A DNA stretch of 64,000 nt from Mobula hypostoma. Taxonomy: Eukaryota. Positions within the stretch are counted from its first letter, which is position 1. Each line of letters opens with the position of its first letter. Positions 1 to 14,024 of the stretch are shown here, piece after piece. The position numbers and the translations under genes are program-made. The notes under the pieces were generated by a model that worked only from the letters and a program-made list of their open reading frames with translations, was not told the DNA's origin and ran no database searches. The DNA lies in the NCBI RefSeq assembly GCF_963921235.1, contig NC_086097.1, positions 195,860,001 through 195,924,000 on the forward strand, in the 5' to 3' direction.

Positions 1-59
1 ACCTTCAACTCTCCTTCCAGAAACACCAGCTGGCTTTCGAAGTAATGCAGAAATTCAGC

Positions 60-340
60 AGAGCACTGCATTTGGTGTTTATGAAGTGATCTGTCCTGCA
101 CTGGCGAAACTAAACACAAATTGGGCAACTGCTTTGTGGAGCAATAGCATTCAGTCTGCAGGAGTAACCCAGAGTATTCTGATGCCCTACTCTTGAATTT
201 CCCATACCACCCTGATCTGTTGCTCTTGCACTATTACAATGAGGCTTTGAGGAACAAACTCTCCCTTCTCTCTGGGTACACTGCAGACTTCCATATGCAA
301 TACCAAATTCTCCAATTTTAATTAAATCCTGTTCCTTGCA
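60..340 (+). mobile_element. Degenerate Penelope-like element, GIY-YIG endonuclease remnant
   Basis: About 100-145 reads TGETKHKLGNCFVEQ, resembling the Penelope GIY-YIG motif YIGET.R.L..RF.EH; heavily decayed. Confidence 0.55.
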
Positions 341-2902
341 TCAGAACTGCCCATCTACTGCGAATCATCCATCTGAGGTCAGTTTTTTCTCTCTTCATTA
401 GTACATGTGGCCTGTTAGACATGTTAGACATCCTTGCTTTTAGCAATACACAACAGACAATGTCCACCCCATTAAAACATTTGACCTGGTCTTACCCAAT
501 CACAGATATTCCCTTAATCCTATCAAGCCCTCCCACTACTTCCACTGTAATTTTATGACACTATTTTTCTGAATTTCTCCTTAATATTTGTATTAACTCA
601 GAAGGTGATTCAATGAACACAAATGGCCACGATAAAGTTCTCAATATAGATCACTTTACACACATTGGCTGGAAAATTTACTTGATCTTTGCAATATTTC
701 CATCTCTTTGATGAAGGGGAATGCTGGGGTGGCTCTAGAATTGTGTACATTGAAGTTTTGACCTTCACAAAATGTCAGCTTTCAACATATTTAATAACCA
801 TATGAATATAGAAGGTTATGAAAAATGAGAATATTATAGCATTCTGTTCTTCATCTCTCCAGTTACACCATCGGTACTTGTCATGAAAATGGTGATAATG
901 ATTTGAACTAAAGGTTGTAATGAATATAAATCTCAGATAAGTAGAAAGAAATGAATTTGGAATTGTAGAAACCTACAGCACAGAAATAGGCTCTTTCAGC
1001 CCACCTTATCAATGCCTATTGATGCCAATCCCACTTGCCTGCATTAGGCCCATATTCCTCTACATCTTCCCTACCAAAATACATGTCCAAATACTTTTTA
1101 AACTCTATTATTGTATTTGCTTCTACTACCCCATCTGGCAGCTAATTCCTCTATGTCAAAAACTTCCCCTACAGGTCTTTAAATTACCTTTCTAATAATG
1201 ACTCTTCATGCCCAATCATTGAGTCATGAAGATATTGAACTACTTGTGTGTTAGGAGGAAGACAACCCTATCTGAGAGCCAATACTACTTGTACCTGAGG
1301 TGCACACCACTTCAAGACTTTATGAAAAGTGCCAGGTATGAAAGGATAAGAGGATTGTTTTGCAGTAATCTGAGCTGTGATCATTAACCTAACCCAATCC
1401 ATTGGCTGCTGGTTCACAATAATTTTCTTTCGGTTTCTTGTTCTGCAGTTGGTATCTATCATTCCCCTCAAAATGCTGGGTTTACAAAATGCTGACAGTC
1501 CGTTACTTTATTACTGACAAACCAGGTCAGCAATATTATGAAAGATGCTCTTCTTCATCTTGCGAGCTAATTCAGCTCTAAGTGATTATAACAAGCCTTG
1601 CCCTCATCTAATTGTTCTGCTGGGTAGCTGTTGTAAGACAAAGATGAAAATTATTTTCAAATTATAATGATATGGCTTGAAGACAGCAAAAACAAGGTAC
1701 AGTGTAAATTTTTGAGAGCGCTAACTTTGACATGTTGCAGAACCTTGCTGTGCTTCCAAGTGTGCGGTAATTCACGGCAGGAACTAATCTCTGCATATGC
1801 TTTTATTTCTATTTCTTCTTCATCTGTGCAGAGGACATGGCGCTTGCATTTTATCTCATCCAACAGGATGTTCAGATCGAAGTCAGTTAGGCAGGGGAGC
1901 ATGCCCCTGTGGTGTCGTCTTTGTAACTACCTCAGCACAGAGAATACATCTCCAATAGGTTGTGTTCAAGTGGAGTATGCCCTTTCGAGGCCAGAGCCCT
2001 GTCATTAATTAGCAGGAATGGTCAGCTGGAGTCCATCCTTGAGCTGTTAATGATCACAGCTCATACAATAACAACTTTAGGGCAGGAATGTATACTTAAA
2101 AATGTGCTGATATCTTCACCAGGATTATAAACAAATATTACGCCTGACTCTCAATAGGGGTGGCTAGCTTTAGTACAAAGGTTTACCACTTTGTTTAACT
2201 TCAGAAACTTAACTAAGGTAATAACTAGGAATTTGGAACAGTGCACAATGATTGCCCAGAATTCTGGAAGGAAAATTATATCTGTTAAATTTTAAGGTTG
2301 TTTTATAAAGGTGTAGCCAACTTGATGGATAAAAGAGAGTTAGCAACACAGTAGATGTCTTTCATAAAATGCAACACAAAAAAATTGTTACTCCATGTTA
2401 GGGCAGAAAAGATTGGAGACAGTGTATGCCTGGGACTGAGGGTCAACAAATGAACCAAAACAAACAAATAGTTCATGCTGGATAGCCCACGTTATCAGAT
2501 TTCCATAGGTGACAAGTTTGGTGGGAAAATGAACTACAGGGAAAGCACAAGAATGATGTAAGTTGACCCTTGCCCAAAACAAAAAAAGTAAGTATTCAAA
2601 ACCAAAACATACCAAATTGCCTATAATGTTGTACTATCCACTAATGCTCGTCTCCCTGTCATATAGATCCAACACATTGACCGACATTGACCAGCATGGC
2701 TGGCTGATGGCCAATGTCTCAGTATCTCATTCGCTCCCTAAAATGCTGGTAGTACAAACCACCAACAAAGCTGCTTTATTAACATGGAGCTCACAGAGAC
2801 GGGCAACATCTCTTACTGTAGTTTTCTTCCACAGAGGCTACCTTTGGCACTTTCTACACTAAGGCAGTCTTGCAGCCCAGATCATAGTTAAGCACACAAT
2901 AT

Positions 2903-3905
2903 GAGCACCATAGTTGCGTAGCAGTTAGCACAATGCGATTACAACTCAAGGCATTCTGGGGTTCAGAGTTCAATTCTTTCTTTCTTTTTTTTTCTTTTTA
3001 AATCTTTTTATTGAATAAGTATACAAAAAGATAAGCCATATAGGCACTAATACACTGTTAGAATATAATAAAATTACAGAAGATATTAATACAAAAAAAA
3101 CTACAAACAATGTAATTTAAACATAACGTATCAAGGTAACATAATAGTATACTAATTTTTATATATATATATCAATAGAGAAAGGAAAAAAAAAAACCCC
3201 CAAAAAACCCACCGTGCAACTAACTAAAAGCAAAGCAATGGGCTAACTTGAAACCAAACAGAGTTAAAAAACTTAAAATCACGTCCTCAATCCCGACCTC
3301 CATTAAAAACAGTAAAAAAAAACAAGGGTATATATTATATTAAATGAAAATACTGAATAAAAGATCTCCATGTCTGTTCAAATTTAAATGAGGAGTCATA
3401 AGGATTGCTTCTAATTTTCTCCAAATTCAAGCATAATATCATCTGAGAAAACCAAAAAAAGGTAGATGGAGCATTGAGCTCTTTCCAATGTTGTAAAATA
3501 CATCTTTTCGCCATTAAAGTAAGAAATGCAATCATTCTACGGGCTGAAGGGGAAAGATTACTGGAAATTTTAGGTAGTCCAAAGATAGCAGTAATAGGGT
3601 GAGGAGAGATATCTATATTCAATACCTTGGAGATAATATTAAAAATGTCTCTCCAAAAAGTTTCCAGAGTAGGGCAAGACCAAAACATATGAGTTAAAGA
3701 GGCTATCTGCCCCGGACATCTATCACAAAAAGGATTAATATGAAAATAAAGAGTTCAATTCTAGCACTGTTCTGTAAGACATCTTTATACTTCCTCCCCA
3801 TGCAATGTGCAGGTTTCCCCTATGTGCTCTGGTTTCCTCCTACAATACAAAGATGGATAGGGTAGGTTAACTCGTCATTGTAAATTGTCCCGTGATTGGG
3901 TTTAG
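2903..3905 (+). mobile_element. tRNA-derived SINE split in two by an L1 insertion
   Basis: A-box-like GTAGCAGTTAG and B-box GTTCAATTC (2968-2976); the body resumes after 3762 with GGTTTCCCC..TGCTCTGGTTTCCTCC, typical of fish SINE central domains. Confidence 0.65.
2978..3749 (-). mobile_element. 5'-truncated L1/Tx1-type LINE (ORF2 C-terminus, 3'UTR, poly-A)
   Basis: CDRC..HMFWSC zinc-knuckle motif leading into ORF 3335-3688; T-rich tail on + at 2978-3010; 13-bp TSD AGAGTTCAATTCT at 2965-2977 and 3750-3762. Confidence 0.85.
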
Positions 3906-3934
3906 GTCTTTTAGTCTGAACTATTGTTCCTTTT

Positions 3935-6900
3935 ACCAACATATATTATCAAACATTTCCCAACATTGTATTCCATCTGCCACTTTTTTGCCCATTCTTC
4001 CAATTTGTCTAAGTCCTGCTGCAATCATATTGCTTCCTCAGCACTACCTACCCCTCCACCTATCTTTATATTATCCACAAGCTTTGCCACAAAGTCATCA
4101 ATTCCATTATCTAAATCATTGACACACAATGTGAAAAGTAGCAGGTCCAATACTGACCCCTGCGGAACACTGCTCGTCACCGGCAGCCAACTAGAAAAGG
4201 TCCTTATTTTCCCACTCACTGCTTCCTGCCTTTCAGTGACTCCACTATCCATGTCAATATCTTTCCTGTAATGCTATGGGAGTTTATCTTGTTAAGCAGC
4301 CTGATGTATGGCACCTTATCAAATGCCTTCTGAAATTCCAAGTAAGTGATAGGCACTGCCTTTCCATCATCCACCCTGCTTGTTATTTCCTTGAAGAACT
4401 CTAACAGGTTTTTCAGGCAAAATTTCCCTTTACAGGAACCATGCTGACTTTGACTTACATAACTCTCGGTTCGGCTAGCGACTTAATCTAGGAGACGACA
4501 GCCCTCGGCCTGGCCAAACTTAAGAAATCTTGTTTGGGTGCTGCTGAGCGATTTGTCCCCTGTTACAAATCAGTACCACGAAATAACAAACAGTACACTA
4601 TATGCGATTAAACGATTGAGCTTTATAATTCTTAGTTTGACTATATGGTTAGTAAAAAAACAAAAAGGGTCCATTCTCATGAAGCAGTTTAATGCGCAAC
4701 ATTAGAGCTCACGATTCAGTCCACTGGCTTCCCGTCAACCTCCACCGAGTGTAGCCGACCGTCGGACCCTCGCTTCAAGTCCACTCCATCGGGCAGTCTC
4801 CATTCGCGTCTTCTCTCCTCACCTTTCCCAGCAAAATCCCTTTTCCCAGACCCACAAGAAAAAACAACATCCCTCTCATTGGATGGCCCACATTCCAAAG
4901 CCCCGTTATCTCTAGTCATCACCCACACATTGCTGCTACAGAGAAACTATGACATTAGCAGTGAAACCTTACAGCGCATTACACTTATCATCAGTCTCCA
5001 AGTTCTTGAAACCTCATCCTTAATCATCGACTCCAACACTTTCCCAACCACTGAAGTTTGGCTAACTGGCCTATAATTCCCTTTCTTTTGCCTTTCTCCC
5101 TTCTTAAAGAGTGGAGTGACATTTGCAATCTTCCAGTCCTCTGGGACCATGCCAGAATCAAGTGATTCTTGAAAGACCATGACAATGCACCTGTAATCTC
5201 TTCAGCAACCTCTCTCAGGACTCTGGGATGTAGTCCATCTGGTCCAGGTGACTTATCCACCTTAAAACCTTTCAGTTTGCCTAGCACTTTTTCCTTTGTA
5301 ATAGCAATGGCACTCACTCCCGCTCCCTGATACTCACGGACTTCTGGCACACCGCTAGTATCTTCCACAGTGAAGACAGATGCAAAGTACCCATTAGGTT
5401 CATCTGTCATTTCTTTGTCCAGCATTACTACCTCACCGGCATCATTTTCCAGTGCTCCCATATCAACTCTCACCTCCCTTTTACTCCACATAACTGAAAA
5501 ATCTTTCACTATCCTGCTTATATTATTGGCTAGTCTGCCCTCATATTTCATCTTTTCCCTTCTTATCGCTTTTTAAGTTGCATTTTGTTGTATTTTAAAA
5601 GCTTCCTAATCATCCAACTTCCTATTCACTTTTGCTTCCTTATATGCCCTTTCCTTGGCTTTCATGCAGTCCGTAACTTCCTTTGTCAGCCACAGTTGTC
5701 TACCCCTGCCATTTGAGAACTTCTTCCTCTGTGGGACATATTTAGTCTGCACCTTGTGAACTATTCCAAAAAACTTCAGCCATCTCTGCTCTGCTGTCAC
5801 TCCCACCATTATCCTCCCCCAATCCACCTGGGCAAGCTCCTCTCTCATGCCTCTGTAATTCCCTTTATTCCACTGCAAAACTGATACATGTGAGTTATGC
5901 TTCTCCCTTTCAGTATGAATTCAATTATATTATGATCACCACTCCTAAGGGTTCCTTTACATTAAGCTCCCTAATAAAGATCTCGATTATTACACAACAG
6001 CCAATCTAAGATAGCCTTTCCATGAGCAGGCTCAAGCACAAGCTGCTCTAAAAAGCCATCTCATAGGCATTCAACAAATTCCCTCTCTTGTGATCCGTCA
6101 CCAGGCCAATCTTTCCCCTCCCTTTGCATACTGAAATCCCCCATTACAATTGTGTCATTACCCTTATTACATGCCTTTTCCAGCTCCCTTTGCAATCTCA
6201 ACCTTACATTTTGGCTACTATATGGAGGTCTATATATAACTCCCATAATGCTTTTTTTCACCTTTGCAATTTCTTAACTCCACACACAAAGAATGAACAT
6301 TCTCTGATCCTATGTCACTTCTTCCTAAAGATGTAATTCCATCCCTTACCAACAGAGCCACATCAGCGCCTACGCCTTCCTGACTGTCCTTTCAATATAA
6401 AGTGTATCCTTTGAAGTTAAGCTCCCAACTATGGCCTTCCCTCAGCCACAACTCAGTGATGCCCACAACGTCATAAACAACCATTCTCCAGTTGCGCCAT
6501 GAGTTCATCCACCTTATTCTAAATGCTAAGTGCATTTAAATACAGCACCTTAAGTCCTGTATTCTTCATCCTTTTGAAGTTTGCCTCTGTGGCACAATTT
6601 AATTCTTTTCTCTGTCTGTATTTGTACCCAATCATTGGCTTGTCCTTCCTTACATTCATGTTACACCCATCATCTTCTTGTAAACCTGCTGGCTCATCCT
6701 CAGCTCTATCATACTGGTTCTCTTCCCCCTGCCATATTAGTTTAAACCACTCCAAATAGCTCTAGTAAAACTGCCCACAAGAACATTGGTCCCCCTCAAG
6801 TGCAACCCATCCCTTTTGTACTTGTCCACCTGTCCCAGAAGAAGTCCCAATTATCCAGAAATCTGGATTCCTGCCTCCTGCTCCAATTCTTCAGCCACAC

Positions 6901-7700
6901 ATTTATCTGCCACCTTATTCTATTCCTATCCTTATTGTCACATGGCACAGGCAGCAATCCTAAGATTACTACCTTTGTGGTTCTACTTCTCAGCTTCCTT
7001 CCTAACTCCCTGGATTCTTTTTTCAGGACCTCCTCGCTTTTTCTTCCGATGTCAAAGGTGCCAATATGTAGCACAACTTCTAGCTGCTTACGCTCCCTTT
7101 TCAGGATATTGTGGACACGTCCAGAAACATCTCAAATCCTAGCACCTGGGAGGCAAACTACCATCTAAGTTTCCTTTCCTCGTCCAAAGAACGAGGAAAG
7201 GACTATAGAGTCCCCTATAGCTGCTGCCATCCTCTTCAGTTCCATACCCTTCAAAGCCGCAGGGCCAGGCGCAGTGCCAGAAGCATGGCCACTGTTGCTT
7301 CCCCCAGGTAAGTCATCGCCCCAAACAGTACTCAAAATGGAGTACTTATTGTTGAGGGGGACAACTACGGTGTGCTTTCCACTATCTGACGTTCTCCACT
7401 CCCTCTCCTGACAGTCACCCAGTTATCTGTCTCCTGTCACTTTGGGGTGACTACCTTCCTGTCTATCACCTCTTCCCTTTCCCTAACAAGTTGAAGGGCG
7501 TCAAGCTGCAGCTCCAGTTCCCTGACACAGTTTCTACGGAGCTGCATCTCGATGCACCTGGCACTGGTGTGGCCATCGAGAGGCTGGAAGTCTCCTGGAA
7601 ATCCCACATCTGACACCCAGAGCAGAATACTGGCTCTGTAGACATACCCTCTATCCTCTCCAGAGTTAAATAAGAATTAAGGAATGAACTTAACCTAGCC
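3935..7700 (-). mobile_element. Degenerate CR1-clade LINE with ORF1 (SGNH esterase-like) and ORF2 (APE + RT), 3' part missing
   Basis: Collinear fragments: LHIGT..KVVILGLLPVP (esterase), LKVLYLNA, GVIYRPP..IVMGDF (APE), KSPGPDGLHPRVL, PEDWKIANVTPLFKKG..GNYRPVS, SVPQGSVL (RT); many frameshifts and stops. Confidence 0.92.
4458..4983. mobile_element. 526-bp insertion in the CR1 RT region, probable solo LTR
   Basis: Interrupts collinear CR1 RT; CTTA duplicated at 4454-4457 and 4984-4987; ends ..ATTACA; left end reads CATAAC rather than TGTAAC. Confidence 0.6.
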
Positions 7701-10111
7701 TCTGCCTGTTCTTGCCGAAGTCTTGTTGCGCCAAATCCTTACTACTCTGACACAAGTCTATTCCAACAATGACCGCTCCCACGATGGCCACTCCGCTAGG
7801 AAGTTCCTCTGTTATAGAGACTGGGTTTTTAAAAGCTCTTTGTCAGACCTGCATGGGAATACTTCTGTTGTGTCTGCGCAGTAATCCAATCAACACAGTG
7901 GTGGCACGTGGAATGGGGGATCTGGCAGCTTTGATAGACTGAGGGACTGTGGTGGCATGTGGAAGGGTACGTGGCAGTAATAATAAAAGAGGTAGCCCCC
8001 TACTGCAGTAATGGTTAGGGGGTGTTCAAAATGACATGCGGAACAGCAATACCTCTGTAGGGAAAAGTCCATAGGGAAAGGGGTCTCTGAAGCAGTGAGA
8101 TAGAAATAGGGGTTAGATTGAGGGCTCTGGGAGGAGGGGTCTGAGATGGATGAGGGAGCGATGGCTCTTGTAGTACTGGATCCACAGGGGTAGGCATTGA
8201 CATAAGAACTCTGGGAGCCTGCAGGGGTGGATGTAGGAGTGCAGTCTTTGAGGCGAGGTCCACAGGGACTGCTGTGGGAGTAAATGTAGTTCACTATGGG
8301 AGAAATTCTGGACATTGGTGGTCTAACAAGGGAGTGAAGACCTGTCCAATCAAATATTCAGAGACCTATGCAACTTTCTTTTCATTATTTGAAAGAATGA
8401 GAAGCATTGAGCCAGTATAAAGGAAATGTCCAGTCTCTGCTGAACTGGATATACTTCTCAGCAGGGATCCACATATAATTCTTTCTGGGTTGACACATGA
8501 TTGTTGGATAAATATTGTGTTACATGGAAGCCACTTACCTTTGCATTCATTGATCACAAAAATCTCCATCTGAATGGACCTAATGCTGAGCAGATCCCAC
8601 CAGGTCGAGTGATCTTCCAACCCCTTACTGGTCAGGCCTCTCTCTAATTACTTGCAGCAGCAGTCACTAGATGTAAACATTGCTGGCAGAAACTTCCTGC
8701 CCTGATGCAAAATTTTGACCTGAAACTTTCGAACCAGGAACTTTCTGCTGTCTCCCAATCACTCACTCCTATCTTTTGCATCTTTCCCAGAAAAAATAAT
8801 GAAGGAAAATTAATTATTTTCAGAATTAACCTGGTACTTACAATCAAGAGCTTGTTTGATAACTCACAATGAGGCCCTGCACATCCTTCGAACCTCTGTC
8901 ATCTTAAAACTAATGTACATGCAGAGGCAGACAAGGCTGACTTAATTCTTAGTAAACTATACACTCAACGTTTGCAAGTGGAATGTAGCCTGCTACCCAT
9001 TCTGAAAAGATGGTCAGGGTAGTCACAACCTTCATGATATTTTTCTATGTGCTGCCCAACTGTCTGTACACATTGTTTATATTGACTATTCTATAAATGA
9101 AGGGAAGAGGTGGCTGTTTATGACTGAGTGAGTGTGCAAGTTGCTACTAAGTGTAGAGATGCCACCTGACCAGTTAAGTTTCTCCAGCAATTTCACAATT
9201 TCACTTTGCCCCAGATTACAGTATCTGCATTCTCTTGTGTCCCTCTATTGTATATTGAATGTGTGTATATTTACCTTCTTTACTGGGCTGAGGTGTGCTG
9301 ATGGATCACCATTGACTCCACAGAGAACCATGGGATAGTTGCAGTGCAAATGGTAGTACGTTCTAGACCTCACTACTATGCTCTGCAGTATGCAGGTCAC
9401 AAACACCCCAGAGATCATATCGACCATGTATCTCGTCTCCTGCCCTGACACTGAACTCACCACTGGGTCCATAGTTGTTCAGCAAATTACTGAGCCAGGG
9501 AGAAGAAGCATATTTCTTACCTGGGTTCTGATCTTCACCCGAGCCAAGCTGACACAGGGCTGATGGGTTCAGAGACCTTCATTTAAAAGGTGTAATGTTA
9601 TCTGTATATTTTCATTTATTTTGGAGTATATTTAGGTCTTTAATTTAACAGCTTCATGTGTTTTACATAAATGGATTATTCATAAATTATTTTTAATATT
9701 TTTCTCAACACTTCCCAAATGTCTCCAACAGTCAACATTTTGGGCCCTACATTAATGATCTCAGCCCAAAGCATCGACTATTTACTCTTTTCCATAGATT
9801 CTGCCTGGCCTGCAGAGTTCCTCTAGCATTTTGTGTAGCAGTTTTATAGTACTGTTGTAGTAGTGACACTGCTCTAATTTGTTCTGTGTCTCAATTAAGT
9901 ACATAATTTCTTATTCAAGCGGTAGTTTGTCTTTTTTATACCTTTTTAACAATTTCCATGAAGCTTCAGCAAATTGGAGCAGCTGCCTAATTGAACCAAA
10001 ATGTACTGCTCCAGATGTGTCCCAATTAACTGGAATCCTCTGTAACTGGGTGTGGGATATTCTAATTCTGTCCCATTGAAACTACATTGGGAAAGACAAT
10101 AGATGAGTTTT

Positions 10112-10211
10112 AAAAACGCAAACACAAGAAAATCTGCAGATGCTGGAAATTCAAGCAACACACATGAAATGCTGGTGGAACGCAGCTGCCAGGCAGCATT
10201 TCGTGTGTGTT
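10112..10211 (-). mobile_element. 100-bp Penelope-type repeat fragment with inverted end and 14-bp TSD
   Basis: TSD AATAGATGAGTTTT at 10098-10111 and 10212-10225; internal inverted pair ACACACATGAAATGCTG / CAGCATTTCGTGTGTGT; same family as 45093-45264. Confidence 0.75.
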
Positions 10212-12442
10212 AATAGATGAGTTTTCCTGCTATTAGCACATTGTTAAAGTCATATTCCCTGCCACTTAATGCACAGTTCAGAACAGGTCTGTTTTGTAAT
10301 TTAACCTTCTGGTCAGTTGTATATTGATGGAGTCAACTCTCAATACCGTAACAAAAGGGGTATGAAATTCTTGGTGTCTAGAATTTCTACTCAGTCTTTT
10401 GGAACAGACACCAGTATTTCATATTGAATATTGAAAGGGGTTCTTCTAGTTGGGATGTGTTGCCACTGTAAATATATAATTTTATACATTTATCTGACTA
10501 TATTCCAAATATTAAAGTTAAGTTGGTGGTTATAGTAAATGAAACGGTAGTTAATAGTTTATTGTTATGTTGATGTTAAAGAAATATAAAACATTGCGTC
10601 AGGATAGTGAGATTTTCTTGGATTCTTTCTCTCCTGGAGGTTCATTGTGTGAACAAAGGCGTTTATATTTCCTAGTTGCAGATTCTGTGTGGCTGAGATT
10701 TAGTCAGTCACAACACACATCACAGAAAGGTTATTGAAATGACACCCATAGGGAGCAAAAAAAAATCAGTGCAGACATGAGGCTCGCCTGGGTACTGGGT
10801 TGTGAGCCAAGATTAGCACCATCTGGCTCCACGTTTAATTGCATGAGTACATTTGAGTCCCATTCAGCTCTCGAGTATTTGCAAAGCTGTTGTGATGCCA
10901 CCTTCATAGTTAATGATTGCTGAAATGAGATTTAGAGAATGACTTCTATTTGTGCCATTTCATATCAACTAGATGCCTTTGCAAAGATTAAGCATTATGT
11001 TAAATATTAAGCTTTCCCAGTAGTGTCGTGATAGCTTTCAATATTAAACTCCTGCATATTCAAGGGTTAAACACAAGGAAGTATTGGCTTTAAAATACTT
11101 TACCCCTTCCTTTCAATTGAACATAATAGCAAAGTATATTGATTCCAAAAATACAATTGGATAGTCAGAAACCTTATTATTCTTGTATTTTATTTTAATG
11201 CTTGATTTAAAAGTCATTATGAGGACAAATGGTAACAATCTGTACGTTGTAAAGGAATCAGGATAATTTTCCCTCTTATCAGTCATTTAATTTGTTTGAA
11301 CATGCACAGTTCCTCCAGGTATCAGAACCTCTACGTCATTCAAGCAAAATAGTGCAGTCTGTGTTTTATTGGATGGCAATGATCTGGTGAGGACTAATGT
11401 TCCTTCACTTTAAAATACACAGAGGTAAAATGGAATCAGTCTCAAGTTCAGAAATGCTAATAAGATGGCAATATGTATTTGCAGATGTGCGATATTATTT
11501 GATATACAGTTGTTCAAATCACCCAACGATTTACAACTGACAATATTGTCTCTCTGATTTACCTATCGATTTATCTATCTGTGAGTCTGATTATTTTGCT
11601 GAAATGATATTTTGATGTAGAGGAGTTTGAATATTAATTCTAATGTTCTCTTTTAAAAGACAAAATAAAGAAATGTTCAAAAGTGCAAAAACTGCAGATG
11701 CTGGAAATCTGAAGTAAAAACCAAAAAAAATGCTGGTAACATTCAACAGAACAGGCAGCACCTGTAGAGCAAGAAAAATGTTAATGTTTCAGATCAATGA
11801 CACTTCATCAAAATGGTCATGAAGGTTTAGATGAACTTCTGTCTCTTCCTCTACAGATGTTGGCTGATCTGATTATCTTCAGTATTTTATATTTTTAGAC
11901 CAAATATTCCTTGTCACAACAATAAAGAGTCTTTATGCGTGTGTTAGTCTCGTAGAGAAGTCTACTGATGTAATTCAACTTAACCAGTGGTTGGTAAATT
12001 CCCAATCTGAGAATCAAACATCAAAACACAGAAAAATCAATCCAACTTCCTTGAAGCTTCCTTGAGAACAGTGTGGAAAGAACAGGTGCTGTTTTCTCCT
12101 GGTAGGGATTAGTTTTTAGTTCTAAGTGCTCCTGCCACATCTTGTCACCCTGCAACCTTATCCTTCGATCTCTTTGAATTATGGAGGACAGCATGTGTAT
12201 AAATGTCTCTCTCCAGCAGACTTCATTATGATCATCATGACTCCAGTATTTCTACTATTTTTTAATGTTTCTTAATTGCGCATATGAGCAGCAGTGAACC
12301 ATCTGATTGGCCCATCAGAGTTCTTTTTGGGAACTAGCTGACTTGATCAGCATTTCTGATCTGGTTATTATTCACGATTACACTTAATTTAAAAAAAAGC
12401 AAGCCACCGAACTTCTACCAGGTTAGTGTGATTTGTTTAAAA

Positions 12443-12468
12443 ATATATATATATATATATATATATAT
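12443..12468. repeat. (AT)n microsatellite
   Basis: Seen directly. Confidence 0.95.
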
Positions 12469-14024
12469 AATGCTTTTTAGATAGCATCAAGTTCTTTAAA
12501 TGAAAGAACCATCAGTAGTACAATCGACTGTCAGTAAGGAGGGGAAACATTGATGAGACAACAGACTAAAACTTCTATATATCTGTACGTTTATGTTTAT
12601 TTATTCAAGTGTATTTAGCACAGTGAACTGCAGTATCCTGGATCTAGTTATTTTGATCTCACCTTCAACTTTAGTGCGCTTTGTTTGATAGAAACGTGTC
12701 AAAATTCATTTTTAATCAAATGAGCTTTGTAGAAAAGATATCCATTAACTGTGAGGCTTATAGTGACAAGTTGCCCTTCCAAACAAATGTCATTGTAAAT
12801 GGCACACCCACAATGCCACTCACTTCTTCCTTCTTACGTAAAAAGTGAAGGAACAAACATGTCCATACCATATTTTCAATAAAATGTGCACTTACCAATC
12901 AAGCAGAAAAAAATGTCTAGATAACCTAAAGGCTTTGGTTTTTCTTTTAATGTATTTAATTATTATAAAGTATGAATTATTTCTATATTCCAGTAACATT
13001 TTGCTGTAGTTCTTGACTCCAGTACAGTAATAATTGTTCTGTTCGGAGGGAAGTAATGGTGTCTCAAGTATTTGAAGCCTCTTTTTGCTACTGTATGAGA
13101 TACCTACTTTCAGAATGTATGACAAATTCAGAACGGAAAATTAAATTGGAGATTATTTAAAGAGATGAAGTTGATTTAGGTTTCTTTCTAGACAGTTAAG
13201 TACTTATTTAATCACAATATATATTGGATGCTTGAATGCAATCATAGAGGAGGTTCAGTGCTGACAATTGTTGCTGACCAGTGTCTGCTTTCTTTTCTTG
13301 ATATGCAGGGACTGAACTCTAGGGAGTAATATCTGCTTTTGCAAACAGTTTAGAAATCTGTATTCACTGCTTAATTATTCTGGCCTGGTGAACTACAAAG
13401 GTTTATCCATTTTCGTGCCTCATATCTACATAGATCTGCTTTATTTGTTATGCATACAAGATTTACACTACCCATTTGTGATCAGGTCTCAAACCTGAGT
13501 GATTTGAAGAGTTGAAACTTTTCCAGTTATGCTTTTGCATTTCGATGTTGAGATCACACCATTCTTGTAATTGCCCTTTACTAATTGTTTGATAGGCAGC
13601 AACTCCACAGAGAGCCATCAACCAATTGCAAGTACTGTAAGCTCTTTCCTGACTTCTGTCCCTCATGCAATGCAACTATCAGGTCAGGATCAAGCCAGAT
13701 ATCAGAATCCTGTAAATCTAACCCTTTGCCCACCACTTGACTCACTCAGCACTGAGTCCACATGTGCAGAACAAATATCTTGAGCTGACAGCCAATGTGC
13801 ACTTTGCAGATAACTGGATATTTTCCCCTTTAGTTTACTGAGTCTTAAAAGTTATGATTAATCTCCAGCGTGTAAAGGGTATTTTTATTTAAAAGGGTGT
13901 TTTATTAAAATATATCAACAGCACATATAAAAAATTCAAAGGCCATTGCTATTTAGGAGCAGATGCCAGCATCCATGACCTAAAGGCGAGTTAGTTCTTG
14001 GAGCCTGCTTTATCTTGTGCTTTA

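Noticed and set aside
7890..8315. 141-aa Pro/Ser-rich ORF
   Set aside because: Compositional artefact of a purine-rich stretch; no recognisable motif or splice context
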